DNA of 64,000 nucleotides. Source: an uncultured Chloroflexia bacterium (GTDB taxonomy: Bacteria; Chloroflexota; Chloroflexia; QHBQ01; JADMIH01). The notes beneath the pieces are model-generated. The model searched no databases and was not told the DNA's origin. It was given only the letters and a program-made list of their open reading frames with translations. The stretch lies in contig CAWCNY010000005.1 in assembly GCA_963797095.1 (NCBI GenBank), positions 221,231-285,230 on the forward strand, written 5' to 3'. The first letter of the stretch is position 1; the number at the start of each line of letters is the position of its first letter. Positions 9,126 through 17,840 of this stretch are shown piece after piece. The position numbers and the translations under genes were made by a program.

Positions 9126-11141
9126 CTAGATCCTGGACAGTATGTCCGCTTTCTTGGCGGCATAGTCGTCCTCGGTGATGAGGCCGGCGTCCAGCATGGT
9201 CTTTAGCTGTTTCATCTTGGCGATAGGGTCGTCCTGATTGGCCTTCGACCTGCTTGAGCTACGCGATCCGGCAGCCTTGCTGCCTTTCGTCTCGTCCGAT
9301 GATGTCTGGTCCGAGTAGGCCCCGTTCCGGTTGAGCGCGCCTGAGTTTCTCTTGCCCGCGGTCGAACCGTCTGGCATGTCCCTCAACGATAGGTTGATAC
9401 GGGTTGGCAAATCGCCAAACTCGGAAGGCGCTTCGGACTCCAGCCGCTGAGTTGCCATGGCGGTCATGTTGCGGTAAATCTCTTCCATATCGAGGTCCAT
9501 ATCGACAGAGGCGGCAAGGAGAGGCCCGCTGGCGGTGGAGCCTGGCATCGGCAAGAGGTAGTCGTCCGAGCCCATGGGGGCTGTCGGGCGGGCATTATTG
9601 AAGTCGTCGTACTCAGAGTCGTCGGCTTGTTGCGGTTCCGGTTGGAGTTCGCTCTGTGCAAGCGATATGACTTCTGCTGCGGGTGCGGGAGTGGCTTCGT
9701 CCCATTCCATTACCGTCGCCTGTTGGGTAGGCTCGGGCTGTGCAGATGGAACTCCTTCACCGGCTGCCTGCAACGGGCCGCTGGTGACGATTGGGGCGAG
9801 AGGCGCGCTTACATCTATGGGCGTGGTAGGCAACGCGATTCGCTGAAGGCCGCCTATCACGTCCAGGTCCTGCGCAGTCTCAGGCGCGACTTGCTGAGCC
9901 TGAAGCGGGCCGGTTACGGGCGTATCATCGCCGTCGCCGCTCGCTTCACCGGCCTGGTCGTTGTTGAGGTCGATCTCGCTGTTGTCGGGCAAGCTCCCTA
10001 TCAGGGCGGCCTCATCCAGCGCCGCTAGAGAGTACAACGGGCCGCTCTTAGGTAGTGGCGAGGAGTTCAGTGGCGAGCTTATGCGGTTAGTGCCATCGCC
10101 GGACAACGGCCCCGAAGGCGGAGTGAATACGGCTATCTTCTCCAGGGTTGTGAGAGGAGGGAGAGGGCGCATGTGCGGCTCGGTGTCGGTGGCAGGGCCA
10201 CTGTTCGTCAAGGTAATAGGTTGTATATCGGCAATTGCCGGGGCTTGAAACGCTGCGCTCCACTGCATTGGCCTGGTAGGCACCCCATCCTCCAGGCCGG
10301 AGCTTTGCAATATGCTCTGCAACACCGACTCGGGCGTTGGAATGTAGTTCGCGGGCATAGGCGCGGCGCTCGCCGCTATCTGTGCATCGAGGCCACCGGA
10401 GTTATTGGAAATCATGCCCAGCGGAGAAAGGCCACCGGTCGAAGGGGCTTCCAGGCCCGGGGCCATTACGTGACGTTGCTCTTGAGACAATGCCCAGGCC
10501 GGTTTGGCAGGTGCGGGCACCGCTGCCGGCTGAGAAGGCGCAGGGACCGCTTCCTCCTGGCTTTCGGCTGGCGGGTTAGCCGTCGCACGTGGCGTGCCTT
10601 GCAGCCTGTCGCTGTACTGAAAGGCCATATCATACATTCTGGAGGCTTGCGTCCTGGGAAGGTTCTCGATGCTCATCGTCCAGCCCTGGATCGCGTCCAG
10701 TTTCAGGTTGAAGCCGTTCTTATTCTCATAGAGGGCAGCCGCGCTCACGTCGCGCCACCAGCAATCATCGAGATCGACTTTGCCGAGCACCTTCTTACGG
10801 AAGAGCATCACGCGCTTGTTAGTGATCACGGCACAATCGGGAGCATGAGCCAATCCACCCTTGCCGGTGGCAACATACTCGACCGATTCGCCCTGGGTGA
10901 GAATGGGAGTAGCCCGCTCGTAGGTTTGCTTAACCAGCGCCCGGTCCTGCCCATCAGGGCTGAACCGGACTACAGGGTCCATATTTACCGCTATTACAGC
11001 GGGGTTGGGAGCGCGGTGCTCGGCTGTCGGCGCACTATCTCCAAGAGGGGCCCCACACCTGCTGCAATAAGGTGAGCCCACTAGATTCCCTGCCTGACAA
11101 TTATGGCATTGCACCTGCGATTGCATTTTGGCTGGTGCCAT
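9126..11141 (-). CDS. Zinc-ribbon / bacterial PH-like / disordered linker / SHOCT domain protein
   Basis: N-terminal CxxC...CxxC zinc ribbon (CHNCQAGNLVGSPYCSRCG). Then a roughly 130-aa bPH-like domain (VITNKRVMLFRKK...). Then about 400 aa of Pro/Ala/Ser-rich low-complexity sequence. C-terminal SHOCT motif (KMKQLKTMLDAGLITEDDYAAKKADIL). Confidence 0.6.
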   Translation of the reverse strand: MAPAKMQSQVQCHNCQAGNLVGSPYCSRCGAPLGDSAPTAEHRAPNPAVIAVNMDPVVRFSPDGQDRALVKQTYERATPILTQGESVEYVATGKGGLAHAPDCAVITNKRVMLFRKKVLGKVDLDDCWWRDVSAAALYENKNGFNLKLDAIQGWTMSIENLPRTQASRMYDMAFQYSDRLQGTPRATANPPAESQEEAVPAPSQPAAVPAPAKPAWALSQEQRHVMAPGLEAPSTGGLSPLGMISNNSGGLDAQIAASAAPMPANYIPTPESVLQSILQSSGLEDGVPTRPMQWSAAFQAPAIADIQPITLTNSGPATDTEPHMRPLPPLTTLEKIAVFTPPSGPLSGDGTNRISSPLNSSPLPKSGPLYSLAALDEAALIGSLPDNSEIDLNNDQAGEASGDGDDTPVTGPLQAQQVAPETAQDLDVIGGLQRIALPTTPIDVSAPLAPIVTSGPLQAAGEGVPSAQPEPTQQATVMEWDEATPAPAAEVISLAQSELQPEPQQADDSEYDDFNNARPTAPMGSDDYLLPMPGSTASGPLLAASVDMDLDMEEIYRNMTAMATQRLESEAPSEFGDLPTRINLSLRDMPDGSTAGKRNSGALNRNGAYSDQTSSDETKGSKAAGSRSSSRSKANQDDPIAKMKQLKTMLDAGLITEDDYAAKKADILSRI

Positions 11142-11423
11142 TCTCGCCCTCCTGTGATGCTCCTGGCCTTGTATAGCGCCTGTTGTTTACTTGAACGAAG
11201 GATTATTGCTGCTACGCAAGAGTGAGTAGGACCACGCCACCCATCGTTGCGTCTATTGGTACGCAGACCCTTCTCTACCTTCCTCGACCGAAATTGATAG
11301 AATACGCGCCGCTGGCGGTAATAGTCTGCGCCAAGTCAAATATAGCCTCCAAGCGCGCTATTTGGAATGGTACTTAGGTGAGGATGCGCGCTGGTACCTT
11401 TTACTAGTACCCTATGATGCAAA

Positions 11424-11455
11424 ATAGCTAATCCTCTTGGGTGAGGATTAGCTAT
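11424..11455 (-). terminator. Stem-loop downstream of the RmlC-like gene, read as a terminator on the minus strand
   Basis: tagctaatcctc-ttgggtg-aggattagcta: a perfect 12-bp stem. On the minus strand it is followed by TTTTG. Confidence 0.45.
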
Positions 11456-11497
11456 CCAATGGTACCGGTCTGGCCGGGGCCGAACGTGGCCGCGTGG

Positions 11498-11962
11498 CTA
11501 TTTTATAGAGGGGCCGGAAACCCAATCATATCCAATTTCGGGGTCGTCATGAGCGATCCTTCCCTCTTCGGCGGTGTCATACACGTTGGACGTAACGTAG
11601 ATCAGGTGGGCGGTGTCTCCAATAGCTTTGCAGCCGTGGGCCACGCCTGCGGGTATCTTCAATACAGTGTGGCCGTGGTCACCGCCCATAAATAGCTCCT
11701 GGAGAGTGCCGTGGGTGGGCGAATCGGGCCGCGTATCGTAAAGCGCAACTTTGAGGACGCCGACAGGCACGTACCACCAGTCGATCTGGGTCTTGTGGAT
11801 GTGCCAGGCTTTTGCAACGCCGGGGTGCATCAATGAGTGGCTTAGCTGCGCGAACCCTTCGCTAAAGAAGGGATCAGTGACCCTTATCAACTCGCGGAAA
11901 AATCCTCGTTCGTCGGGATATGTCACCAGCTCTTTGATGACAACTCCATCTATTTGCCCCAT
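11498..11962 (-). CDS. RmlC-like cupin (dTDP-4-dehydrorhamnose 3,5-epimerase family)
   Basis: Alignable to RmlC: ERGFFRE, AWHIHKTQ, GDTAHLIYVTSNVYD, HDDPEIGYDW. Confidence 0.6.
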   Translation of the reverse strand: MGQIDGVVIKELVTYPDERGFFRELIRVTDPFFSEGFAQLSHSLMHPGVAKAWHIHKTQIDWWYVPVGVLKVALYDTRPDSPTHGTLQELFMGGDHGHTVLKIPAGVAHGCKAIGDTAHLIYVTSNVYDTAEEGRIAHDDPEIGYDWVSGPSIK

Positions 11963-12405
11963 TCAGCAATCTCCTTCAAGATGGTGGGCAGGTCCCGCGC
12001 CAGGTTGGAGTTAGCGAGCACTCGCCCCGCGCCCGCTGCCTTCGCCTTGCGTCGCGCCTCCGTGTCCATGTGCGGCCCGAAAGCCACCACGGGTGTGCCG
12101 CGTTGGGCGGCCTCGCGGGTGGTGGTCTCCCAGTCACCGCGCGATGACAGGTCCACTACCAGCACATCGCCGCCCGGCAGGGGCACACCTGGGCGCAGCA
12201 TCACAGGCTTCAGCCCGGCGTGCCGCGCCATGTTCTGAAGTTGCACCCCGAACATCAGGTCGGTGCACAGCAGGACGGCGATACGCTCTCGCGTCGGCAC
12301 GGTTCCATCCAATGGAGTGCCTGCCTCATCCCGGCTGTTGGTGCTTCTCTGGTTAGCGATCTCTGCCACTCGCGTTAGGGTATCAGAATGCCGGTCCAGC
12401 GTCAA
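11950..12405 (-). CDS. Divergent stand-alone CheY-like receiver domain protein
   Basis: Receiver-like pattern: IAVLLCTDL, DVLVVDLSS, VVAFGPH, AKAAGAGRVL. Overlaps the downstream cupin gene by 13 nt. Confidence 0.4.
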   Translation of the reverse strand: MTLDRHSDTLTRVAEIANQRSTNSRDEAGTPLDGTVPTRERIAVLLCTDLMFGVQLQNMARHAGLKPVMLRPGVPLPGGDVLVVDLSSRGDWETTTREAAQRGTPVVAFGPHMDTEARRKAKAAGAGRVLANSNLARDLPTILKEIAEWGK

Positions 12406-12549
12406 GTTAGGCAGGGCTAATGCAAAGTCAGATAAGACGGTGGGAAAGGCCGCCCATCTCGGCCCTTGTCATTCTTCACTTCGTTCAGAATGACGCATCC
12501 AAACTTGGTGTGTCCGATACCGACTTTGCTTCAGCCCTGCAAGTTAGGC
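12403..12549. repeat. MITE-like small repeat element: 11-bp direct repeats flanking 16-18 bp imperfect inverted repeats around an internal hairpin
   Basis: Direct repeat caagttaggca at 12403-12413 and 12539-12549. Inverted repeats cagggctaatgcaaagtc and gactttgcttcagccctg. Internal hairpin gtcattct-N11-agaatgac at 12468-12494. A related copy lies at 58535-58607. Confidence 0.5.
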
Positions 12550-12643
12550 ACCAAATCTTGCCAGGATCGCCTGAGTGCTATAGTATTATGGTGGGTGGCT
12601 TTGCAATTTGCCCACCGCCCGAAGGTGAGGATATCCCGCTCGC

Positions 12644-14428
12644 ATGAGAAAAGCTGATATTCTTGACGACCAGCAAGCACAGGTGCGCGCCGCCGAACGC
12701 GAGGCTCTGAGCGCGCTCTCCTCGGCCATCGCGCCTCTCGAACCCGATGATGCAGATGTGGCTTCGCTTCGGCAGGCCGAGGCGGACCTTGAGGAGCTTT
12801 TCCTGTTGGTCGTTGTGGGGGAGTTCAATTCGGGCAAGTCCTCATTCATCAATGCGCTGCTGGGCCAGGAGGTGCTCCCGGAAGGGGTCACACCCACCAC
12901 CGCTACGATCAGTCTGCTACGATACGGTACGTCGGTGACTGAACACCAGGTGGCCGATTTCGTCACCGAGCGTACCTATCCAGCCGAGTTCCTGCGCGAG
13001 ATCAGCATCGTGGACACGCCCGGCACTAACGCGATCATACGCCGCCACGAGGAATTGACGCGCACCTTCGTGCCTCGCTCGGACATGGTGCTCTTCATTA
13101 CATCGGCGGACCGCCCTTTCACCGAATCGGAGCGGTCATTCATGGAGACGATACGGGAGTGGGGCAAGAAGATCGTGCTGGTGCTGAACAAGATCGATCT
13201 GCTGGGCAGCGAGGACGATCTCAATCGCGTACTCCACTTCATCGAGGAGAACAGCGTGGCCCTGCTGGGCCAGAAACCCGACGTGTTCCCCGTGTCGGCG
13301 CGGCTCGCCAAGCGCGCCCGCTCTACCGATACGTTCGCCGAGCGCGAAGCCCTGTTGCGAGCCAGCCGCATGGACGCGCTGGAGCATTACATATTCTCGA
13401 CCTTGGACGAGGCAGGGCGCATACGCCTGAAGCTCTCGACACCGCTGGGTGTTGCCAATCGAACGCTCGAAAAGTACCAGGAGATCGCACATGAGCGGCT
13501 GGACGTGCTGGCCGAAGATTTCAAGACCGTGCAGAACATCGAGGATCAGCTTCGCATCTACTCGGAAGATATGCATCGCGAGTTCGAGGGCAGGCTCGCC
13601 AACATCGAAAACATCATCTTTGAATTGAAGGAGAGGGGCGACATCTTCTTCAACGAGACGCTGCGTATCGGTCGCATACGCGACCTGCTGAACGCCAAGA
13701 AGGTCGAAAGCGATTTCCAGAAGCAGGTGCTGGCCGACACCGCCCAGCGCGTGGACGATGCCACCAACGGCCTCATAGATTGGATGGTGGACCAGGACCT
13801 GCGGATGTGGCAATCGGTGACCGACTACGTCAACCGCCGTCAGGCTGTGGGGGTGGGGGCGTCGCAGGGCTACCAGGAGCGAGTGATGGGAGGAACTGGC
13901 ATGACGGGCGTGGCGGGCTTCGCCTACAACCGCGATGCTCTGTTGCGGTCGGTTGTGAAGGAGGCCCGCCACGTGGTGGAGAACTACGACCGCGAGGAAG
14001 AGGCCACCATCATAGCGCAGGATATGCGCAACGCCGTCGGCGTGATGCTTGGGGCAGGTGGGGTAGCCGCGCTGGGCGTGCTGGTGGCGGCTACTGTTAC
14101 GGTAGCTTTCCTGGATGTTACCGGCATAACGGCGGCCATCCTCGCGGGGGCTATCGGCCTCTTTATCCTCCCGTACCGGAAGCGGAAGGCGCAGGAAGAA
14201 TTCCGGGCACGCACGCAGGAATTGCGCGATAAGCTAAGTAGCGCCATGACCTCACAGTTCAACTCGGAGCTTACCCGCTCTATCGAGCGGATACGTGACG
14301 CCATCGCGCCCTATACTCGCTTCGTGCGCCTTGAGCAGGAACGAGTTTCGAAAGCGGACAGTAGCCTCTCCGAAGTGGCGCGCAAGCTCACTGCCTTGCG
14401 CGGCCAGATTGAGACCATCGGGAGGTAA
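12644..14428 (+). CDS. Bacterial dynamin-like protein (large GTPase with membrane paddle)
   Basis: G1 GEFNSGKSSFINAL, G2 T, G3 DTPG, G4 NKID. C-terminal hydrophobic hairpin GVMLGAGGVAALGVLVAATVTVAF...ILAGAIGLFILPY. Confidence 0.8.
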   Translation: MRKADILDDQQAQVRAAEREALSALSSAIAPLEPDDADVASLRQAEADLEELFLLVVVGEFNSGKSSFINALLGQEVLPEGVTPTTATISLLRYGTSVTEHQVADFVTERTYPAEFLREISIVDTPGTNAIIRRHEELTRTFVPRSDMVLFITSADRPFTESERSFMETIREWGKKIVLVLNKIDLLGSEDDLNRVLHFIEENSVALLGQKPDVFPVSARLAKRARSTDTFAEREALLRASRMDALEHYIFSTLDEAGRIRLKLSTPLGVANRTLEKYQEIAHERLDVLAEDFKTVQNIEDQLRIYSEDMHREFEGRLANIENIIFELKERGDIFFNETLRIGRIRDLLNAKKVESDFQKQVLADTAQRVDDATNGLIDWMVDQDLRMWQSVTDYVNRRQAVGVGASQGYQERVMGGTGMTGVAGFAYNRDALLRSVVKEARHVVENYDREEEATIIAQDMRNAVGVMLGAGGVAALGVLVAATVTVAFLDVTGITAAILAGAIGLFILPYRKRKAQEEFRARTQELRDKLSSAMTSQFNSELTRSIERIRDAIAPYTRFVRLEQERVSKADSSLSEVARKLTALRGQIETIGR

Positions 14429-14440
14429 TCGTCACACCTG

Positions 14441-14821
14441 ATGCGACCGGACCTCACATACTTCCTCGGCAGGCGTGTCACCGTAGTGGTGGATCGCCCT
14501 GTGGGAAGCTATCACCCGCGTTTTCCAGAGGGCGAGCCCTACCCTTTGAATTACGGTTTCGTACCGGGCACGGTCTCTGGTGATGGTGAGCCGGTAGATG
14601 TATATTTGCTTGGACCTCGGGAGCCGGTCGCGCAGGCGGTAGGCACCGTTATTGCTGTAGTGCTAAGAAGTGGCGACGTTGAAGATAAACTGGTTGTCGC
14701 CACGGACGAATACGCGTGCAACACCCCCGAAGCGGTGTGGGCGCAGATAAGCTTTCAAGAGGATTACTTCGACAGCAAGCTTTTCATGCCCGGTACTACG
14801 CACAACTTACCAACACCCTAA
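14441..14821 (+). CDS. Truncated family I inorganic pyrophosphatase-like protein
   Basis: Aligns to the PPase core (YPLNYGFVPGT, DGEPVDVYLLG, DVEDKLVVA) but lacks about 40 N-terminal residues. Length 126 aa. Confidence 0.5.
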   Translation: MRPDLTYFLGRRVTVVVDRPVGSYHPRFPEGEPYPLNYGFVPGTVSGDGEPVDVYLLGPREPVAQAVGTVIAVVLRSGDVEDKLVVATDEYACNTPEAVWAQISFQEDYFDSKLFMPGTTHNLPTP

Positions 14822-14835
14822 CACCAGGAGTAACA

Positions 14836-17328
14836 ATGCAGTTCTCACTAAGATTTGGGCGCATAGGCTCGCTCACTATATATTTCAATTACACGTGGCT
14901 GTTCGCCATCGTACTCGGCCTGTGGTGGCTGGCCCTCCTTTGGCTACCCGACCATCTGCCGGGCTGGCAAGGCCGTTGGTACTGGCTGGATGCCGTGCTT
15001 GTGCTCATTCTATACCTCGTTACATTGCTGATTTACGAGGGCATACACAGCCTTGTGGGGCGCACAGGCCCGCGCAACGCTCAGCTTTACCCCATAGGCG
15101 CGGCCCAACCATTCCGCCTCGACCGGATAGAACCTGGCAGGGGGGTGCTGGCCGCGCTTCTCGCGCCGCTGTTCAATCTGGTGCTGGGCGGTACCCTCGT
15201 GATCCTTACAAGCGGCATCGCCCCCGATGGGGTGTTCACCAATGCTATCAAGGGTCTTTTCGAGCCGTTGGGCTGGCTCAACCTGGCGCTTGGCGTCATC
15301 AACTTCATTCCCGGCATCCCATTCGACGGGGGCTGGGCCCTGAGCATGGGCATCTACTGGTTCAACGGCGACCGCGAATCCGGTATGTCGCTTGCGCGGT
15401 CGGCTGGCGGGTTCGCGGCGCTCGCGTTGGTGTTGTTGGGGGCCTGGCGCGGGCTTACGACTAATTCCTGGGTGGACGCGCTGGCACTTGTGTTCATCGG
15501 GTGGTCCGCAAACGATGCGGGCAATCTCAGCAGGGGGCGGAGCCTCCTTCGGGGCACTTTCAGCGAGCTACATACCAGCGACCTGATGATACCTGTAAGA
15601 GAGAATGACAGCGTACAGGCAAACGAGAGCGTGACAGCTTTGGTCAGAGCCTTCCCGCGCTTCCCGCCGGGCGAGCCTATAGCAGTGCTCGACGACGACG
15701 GCAAGCTAACCGGAGTGGTCACCCTCAGCGCGACGGAGGCTTTGCTACAGGGCAACTGGGCATCCACCCCAGTGCGCTCTATTGCCACCCCATTGGAAGA
15801 GGCGCACGCTCTGCCGCCGGGTGCCTCGCTTAACGACGCCATCGCCCTGTTCGAAGAGCGCCCCGTTGACCAGGATGAAGAGCTTTCCATCCCGATTGTC
15901 GAGGGTAACAAGCTTGTCGGCAGCATCAGCCCATCACGCCTCAACACGTTCGTCGGCGTGGCCGAGCAGTTCGGCGTGGAAGAGACGCTCAACCGGGAGG
16001 CCACAGCGTCTGGCGGGTTGCTTAGCATGCTCGGCAGGGTGCTGCCCGCCATCATTCTGATTACGTTCCTCGCGATCCTGGGTAACATCGCTCTACGGAC
16101 GAATCCGGCAGAGATTCGCGGCTCGACCGACGTGAACACCGAGGCCCCCATCACTTTCAAGAACTTCACCCCACCCGATGATGCCATCGTCGGCCTCGGA
16201 CCCGTTACTATCTCCGTAGAAGCAGCGGGGCCAAGCGAAATCACTACAGCCACGTTGACTCTGGACGGGCAGCCCCTGGACGCGGTAATAAGCGGCGAGT
16301 CGCCTTTGACAAAAACCCTCACCGCCTCGATCCCCGGCGCGACCCTCGGCCTTCACGACATCACAGTCAAGGCCTCGCTGGAGAGCGGCAGATCGAAAAG
16401 CGAGGATTGGCAGTTCCGTGTCAGCGCCACGGGCCAACCCGAAGGCGAGGGGACCCCACAGCCAACGCCCCAACCCACCACGCCTCCTATAGCGCCACCC
16501 GAATTCTCAGGCTTTAAGCCGGTATTGGGAGCGCAGGTGCTGGCCGGAGCCACTGCGGTGCGCGTCGGAGTGGTTGTCACATCCACGCAGCCTATCAGCC
16601 AGGCAACCGTGCTACTCGACGGGCAGGAACTGGCAGCGCAGGTCGCGCCTGTGGCGGGCAACTCCAACTTGTACTCGATCTCAGCAACCGCACCTAAGGT
16701 CGAGGCGGGGACACACAGGCTGAGGGTTGAGGTAAGCGTCGGCGGTGTTTCGGGGGCGACCGAATGGACATTCAATGCCATCACGCCCGACGACAGCAAC
16801 GTCTATTTCGAGCAAACTGGCCATTTCATCTCCGAGCCGTTCCTGAGCTACTGGCAAAACAACGGAGGGCTTGCCATCTTCGGCTACCCGATCTCCGACC
16901 GGATCGTTGAGACGGCGCAGGACACAGGCGAGCAATATATCGCCCAGTACTTCGAGCGCGCCCGCTTTGAAATACACCCGTCCATTGGAGGCACGCTGCT
17001 GTTGGGGAGGTTGGGCGCGCTAATCCACCAACCCGACCCGGCTGTGGATCCGATTGATGGTCAGCAGTACGTCCCGGAAACAGGCCACAACCTGGGAGGG
17101 GACTTCCTGGCGTACTGGAACGCCAACGGCGGCCTTGCGGTATTCGGCTATCCGATCAGCGAAGTGGTTACCGAGACTAACGCGGCTGACGGCAAAGATT
17201 ATCAGGTCCAGTACTTCGAGCGGAATCGCTTCGAGTTGCACCCAGACGCCGACCCCGCCAGCCGGGTGCAGCTAGGGCTACTTGGCGTGGAAATCTACAA
17301 ACAGATTTACGGAACGGGAACGCCATGA
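14836..17328 (+). CDS. Polytopic M50 (site-2 protease)-like protein with degenerate HExxH, CBS pair, extracellular Ig-like domains and two C-terminal LGFP-like repeats
   Basis: RBS aggag upstream of the ATG at 14836; the ORF-track start at 14716 overlaps the upstream gene. YEGIH replaces HExxH. Second M50 motif NFIPGIPFDGGW is present. CBS pair (PIAVLDDDGKLTGVV; IPIVEGNKLVGSI). Internal TM, then Ig-like regions, then 2 LGFP-like repeats. Confidence 0.65.
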   Translation: MQFSLRFGRIGSLTIYFNYTWLFAIVLGLWWLALLWLPDHLPGWQGRWYWLDAVLVLILYLVTLLIYEGIHSLVGRTGPRNAQLYPIGAAQPFRLDRIEPGRGVLAALLAPLFNLVLGGTLVILTSGIAPDGVFTNAIKGLFEPLGWLNLALGVINFIPGIPFDGGWALSMGIYWFNGDRESGMSLARSAGGFAALALVLLGAWRGLTTNSWVDALALVFIGWSANDAGNLSRGRSLLRGTFSELHTSDLMIPVRENDSVQANESVTALVRAFPRFPPGEPIAVLDDDGKLTGVVTLSATEALLQGNWASTPVRSIATPLEEAHALPPGASLNDAIALFEERPVDQDEELSIPIVEGNKLVGSISPSRLNTFVGVAEQFGVEETLNREATASGGLLSMLGRVLPAIILITFLAILGNIALRTNPAEIRGSTDVNTEAPITFKNFTPPDDAIVGLGPVTISVEAAGPSEITTATLTLDGQPLDAVISGESPLTKTLTASIPGATLGLHDITVKASLESGRSKSEDWQFRVSATGQPEGEGTPQPTPQPTTPPIAPPEFSGFKPVLGAQVLAGATAVRVGVVVTSTQPISQATVLLDGQELAAQVAPVAGNSNLYSISATAPKVEAGTHRLRVEVSVGGVSGATEWTFNAITPDDSNVYFEQTGHFISEPFLSYWQNNGGLAIFGYPISDRIVETAQDTGEQYIAQYFERARFEIHPSIGGTLLLGRLGALIHQPDPAVDPIDGQQYVPETGHNLGGDFLAYWNANGGLAVFGYPISEVVTETNAADGKDYQVQYFERNRFELHPDADPASRVQLGLLGVEIYKQIYGTGTP

Positions 17329-17825
17329 CCGGGAACCAATCGCCTGATGAAATCACCGTTCGCAAGGCAGAGGCCGCGGACGCCGACCTGCTGATCAACC
17401 TGATCGTGGGCCTGGCCGAGTTCGAGAAGCTTGAACCGCCTGACGAGGCCGCCCGCCACAGGCTTGTTAATGACGCCTTTGGGCCAAAGCCGCGCTTCGA
17501 GGTCTTCCTGGCCGAGATCGATGGCGAGATCGCGGGGTACGCTTTCACCTTCGATACCTATTCGACCTTCCTTGCGCGCCCGACCCTTTACCTAGAGGAC
17601 CTGTTCGTGCTCCCCGATTACAGGGGTAAGAAGGTCGGTTATGCGCTGATGCTATACCTGGCGTCCGAGGCGGTGCGGCGAGACTACGGGCGCATGGAAT
17701 GGGTAGTGCTTGACTGGAACACGCACGCGCAAGGATTCTACAAGCGATTGGGGGCCAGGCACCTGGACGATTGGTATTTCTACAGGCTGGACCGCAAGGC
17801 GCTCGACCGTCTCATTGAGCCGTAA
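17325..17825 (+). CDS. GNAT family N-acetyltransferase
   Basis: GNAT motifs (IAGYAFTFDTYSTF, LFVLPDYRGKKVGYALM). ATGA overlap with the upstream gene. Confidence 0.75.
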   Translation: MTGNQSPDEITVRKAEAADADLLINLIVGLAEFEKLEPPDEAARHRLVNDAFGPKPRFEVFLAEIDGEIAGYAFTFDTYSTFLARPTLYLEDLFVLPDYRGKKVGYALMLYLASEAVRRDYGRMEWVVLDWNTHAQGFYKRLGARHLDDWYFYRLDRKALDRLIEP

Positions 17826-17840
17826 CTGGTCGAGAGTAGG

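Noticed and set aside
13136-13972. 278-aa antisense ORF inside the dynamin gene. Similar long antisense ORFs occur at 5964-6680, 10173-11075, 15354-16322, 38210-38617, 43589-44401 and 45115-45897.
   Set aside because: Typical GC-rich antisense open frames (Arg/Ala/His-rich, no motifs). They sit opposite well-supported genes.
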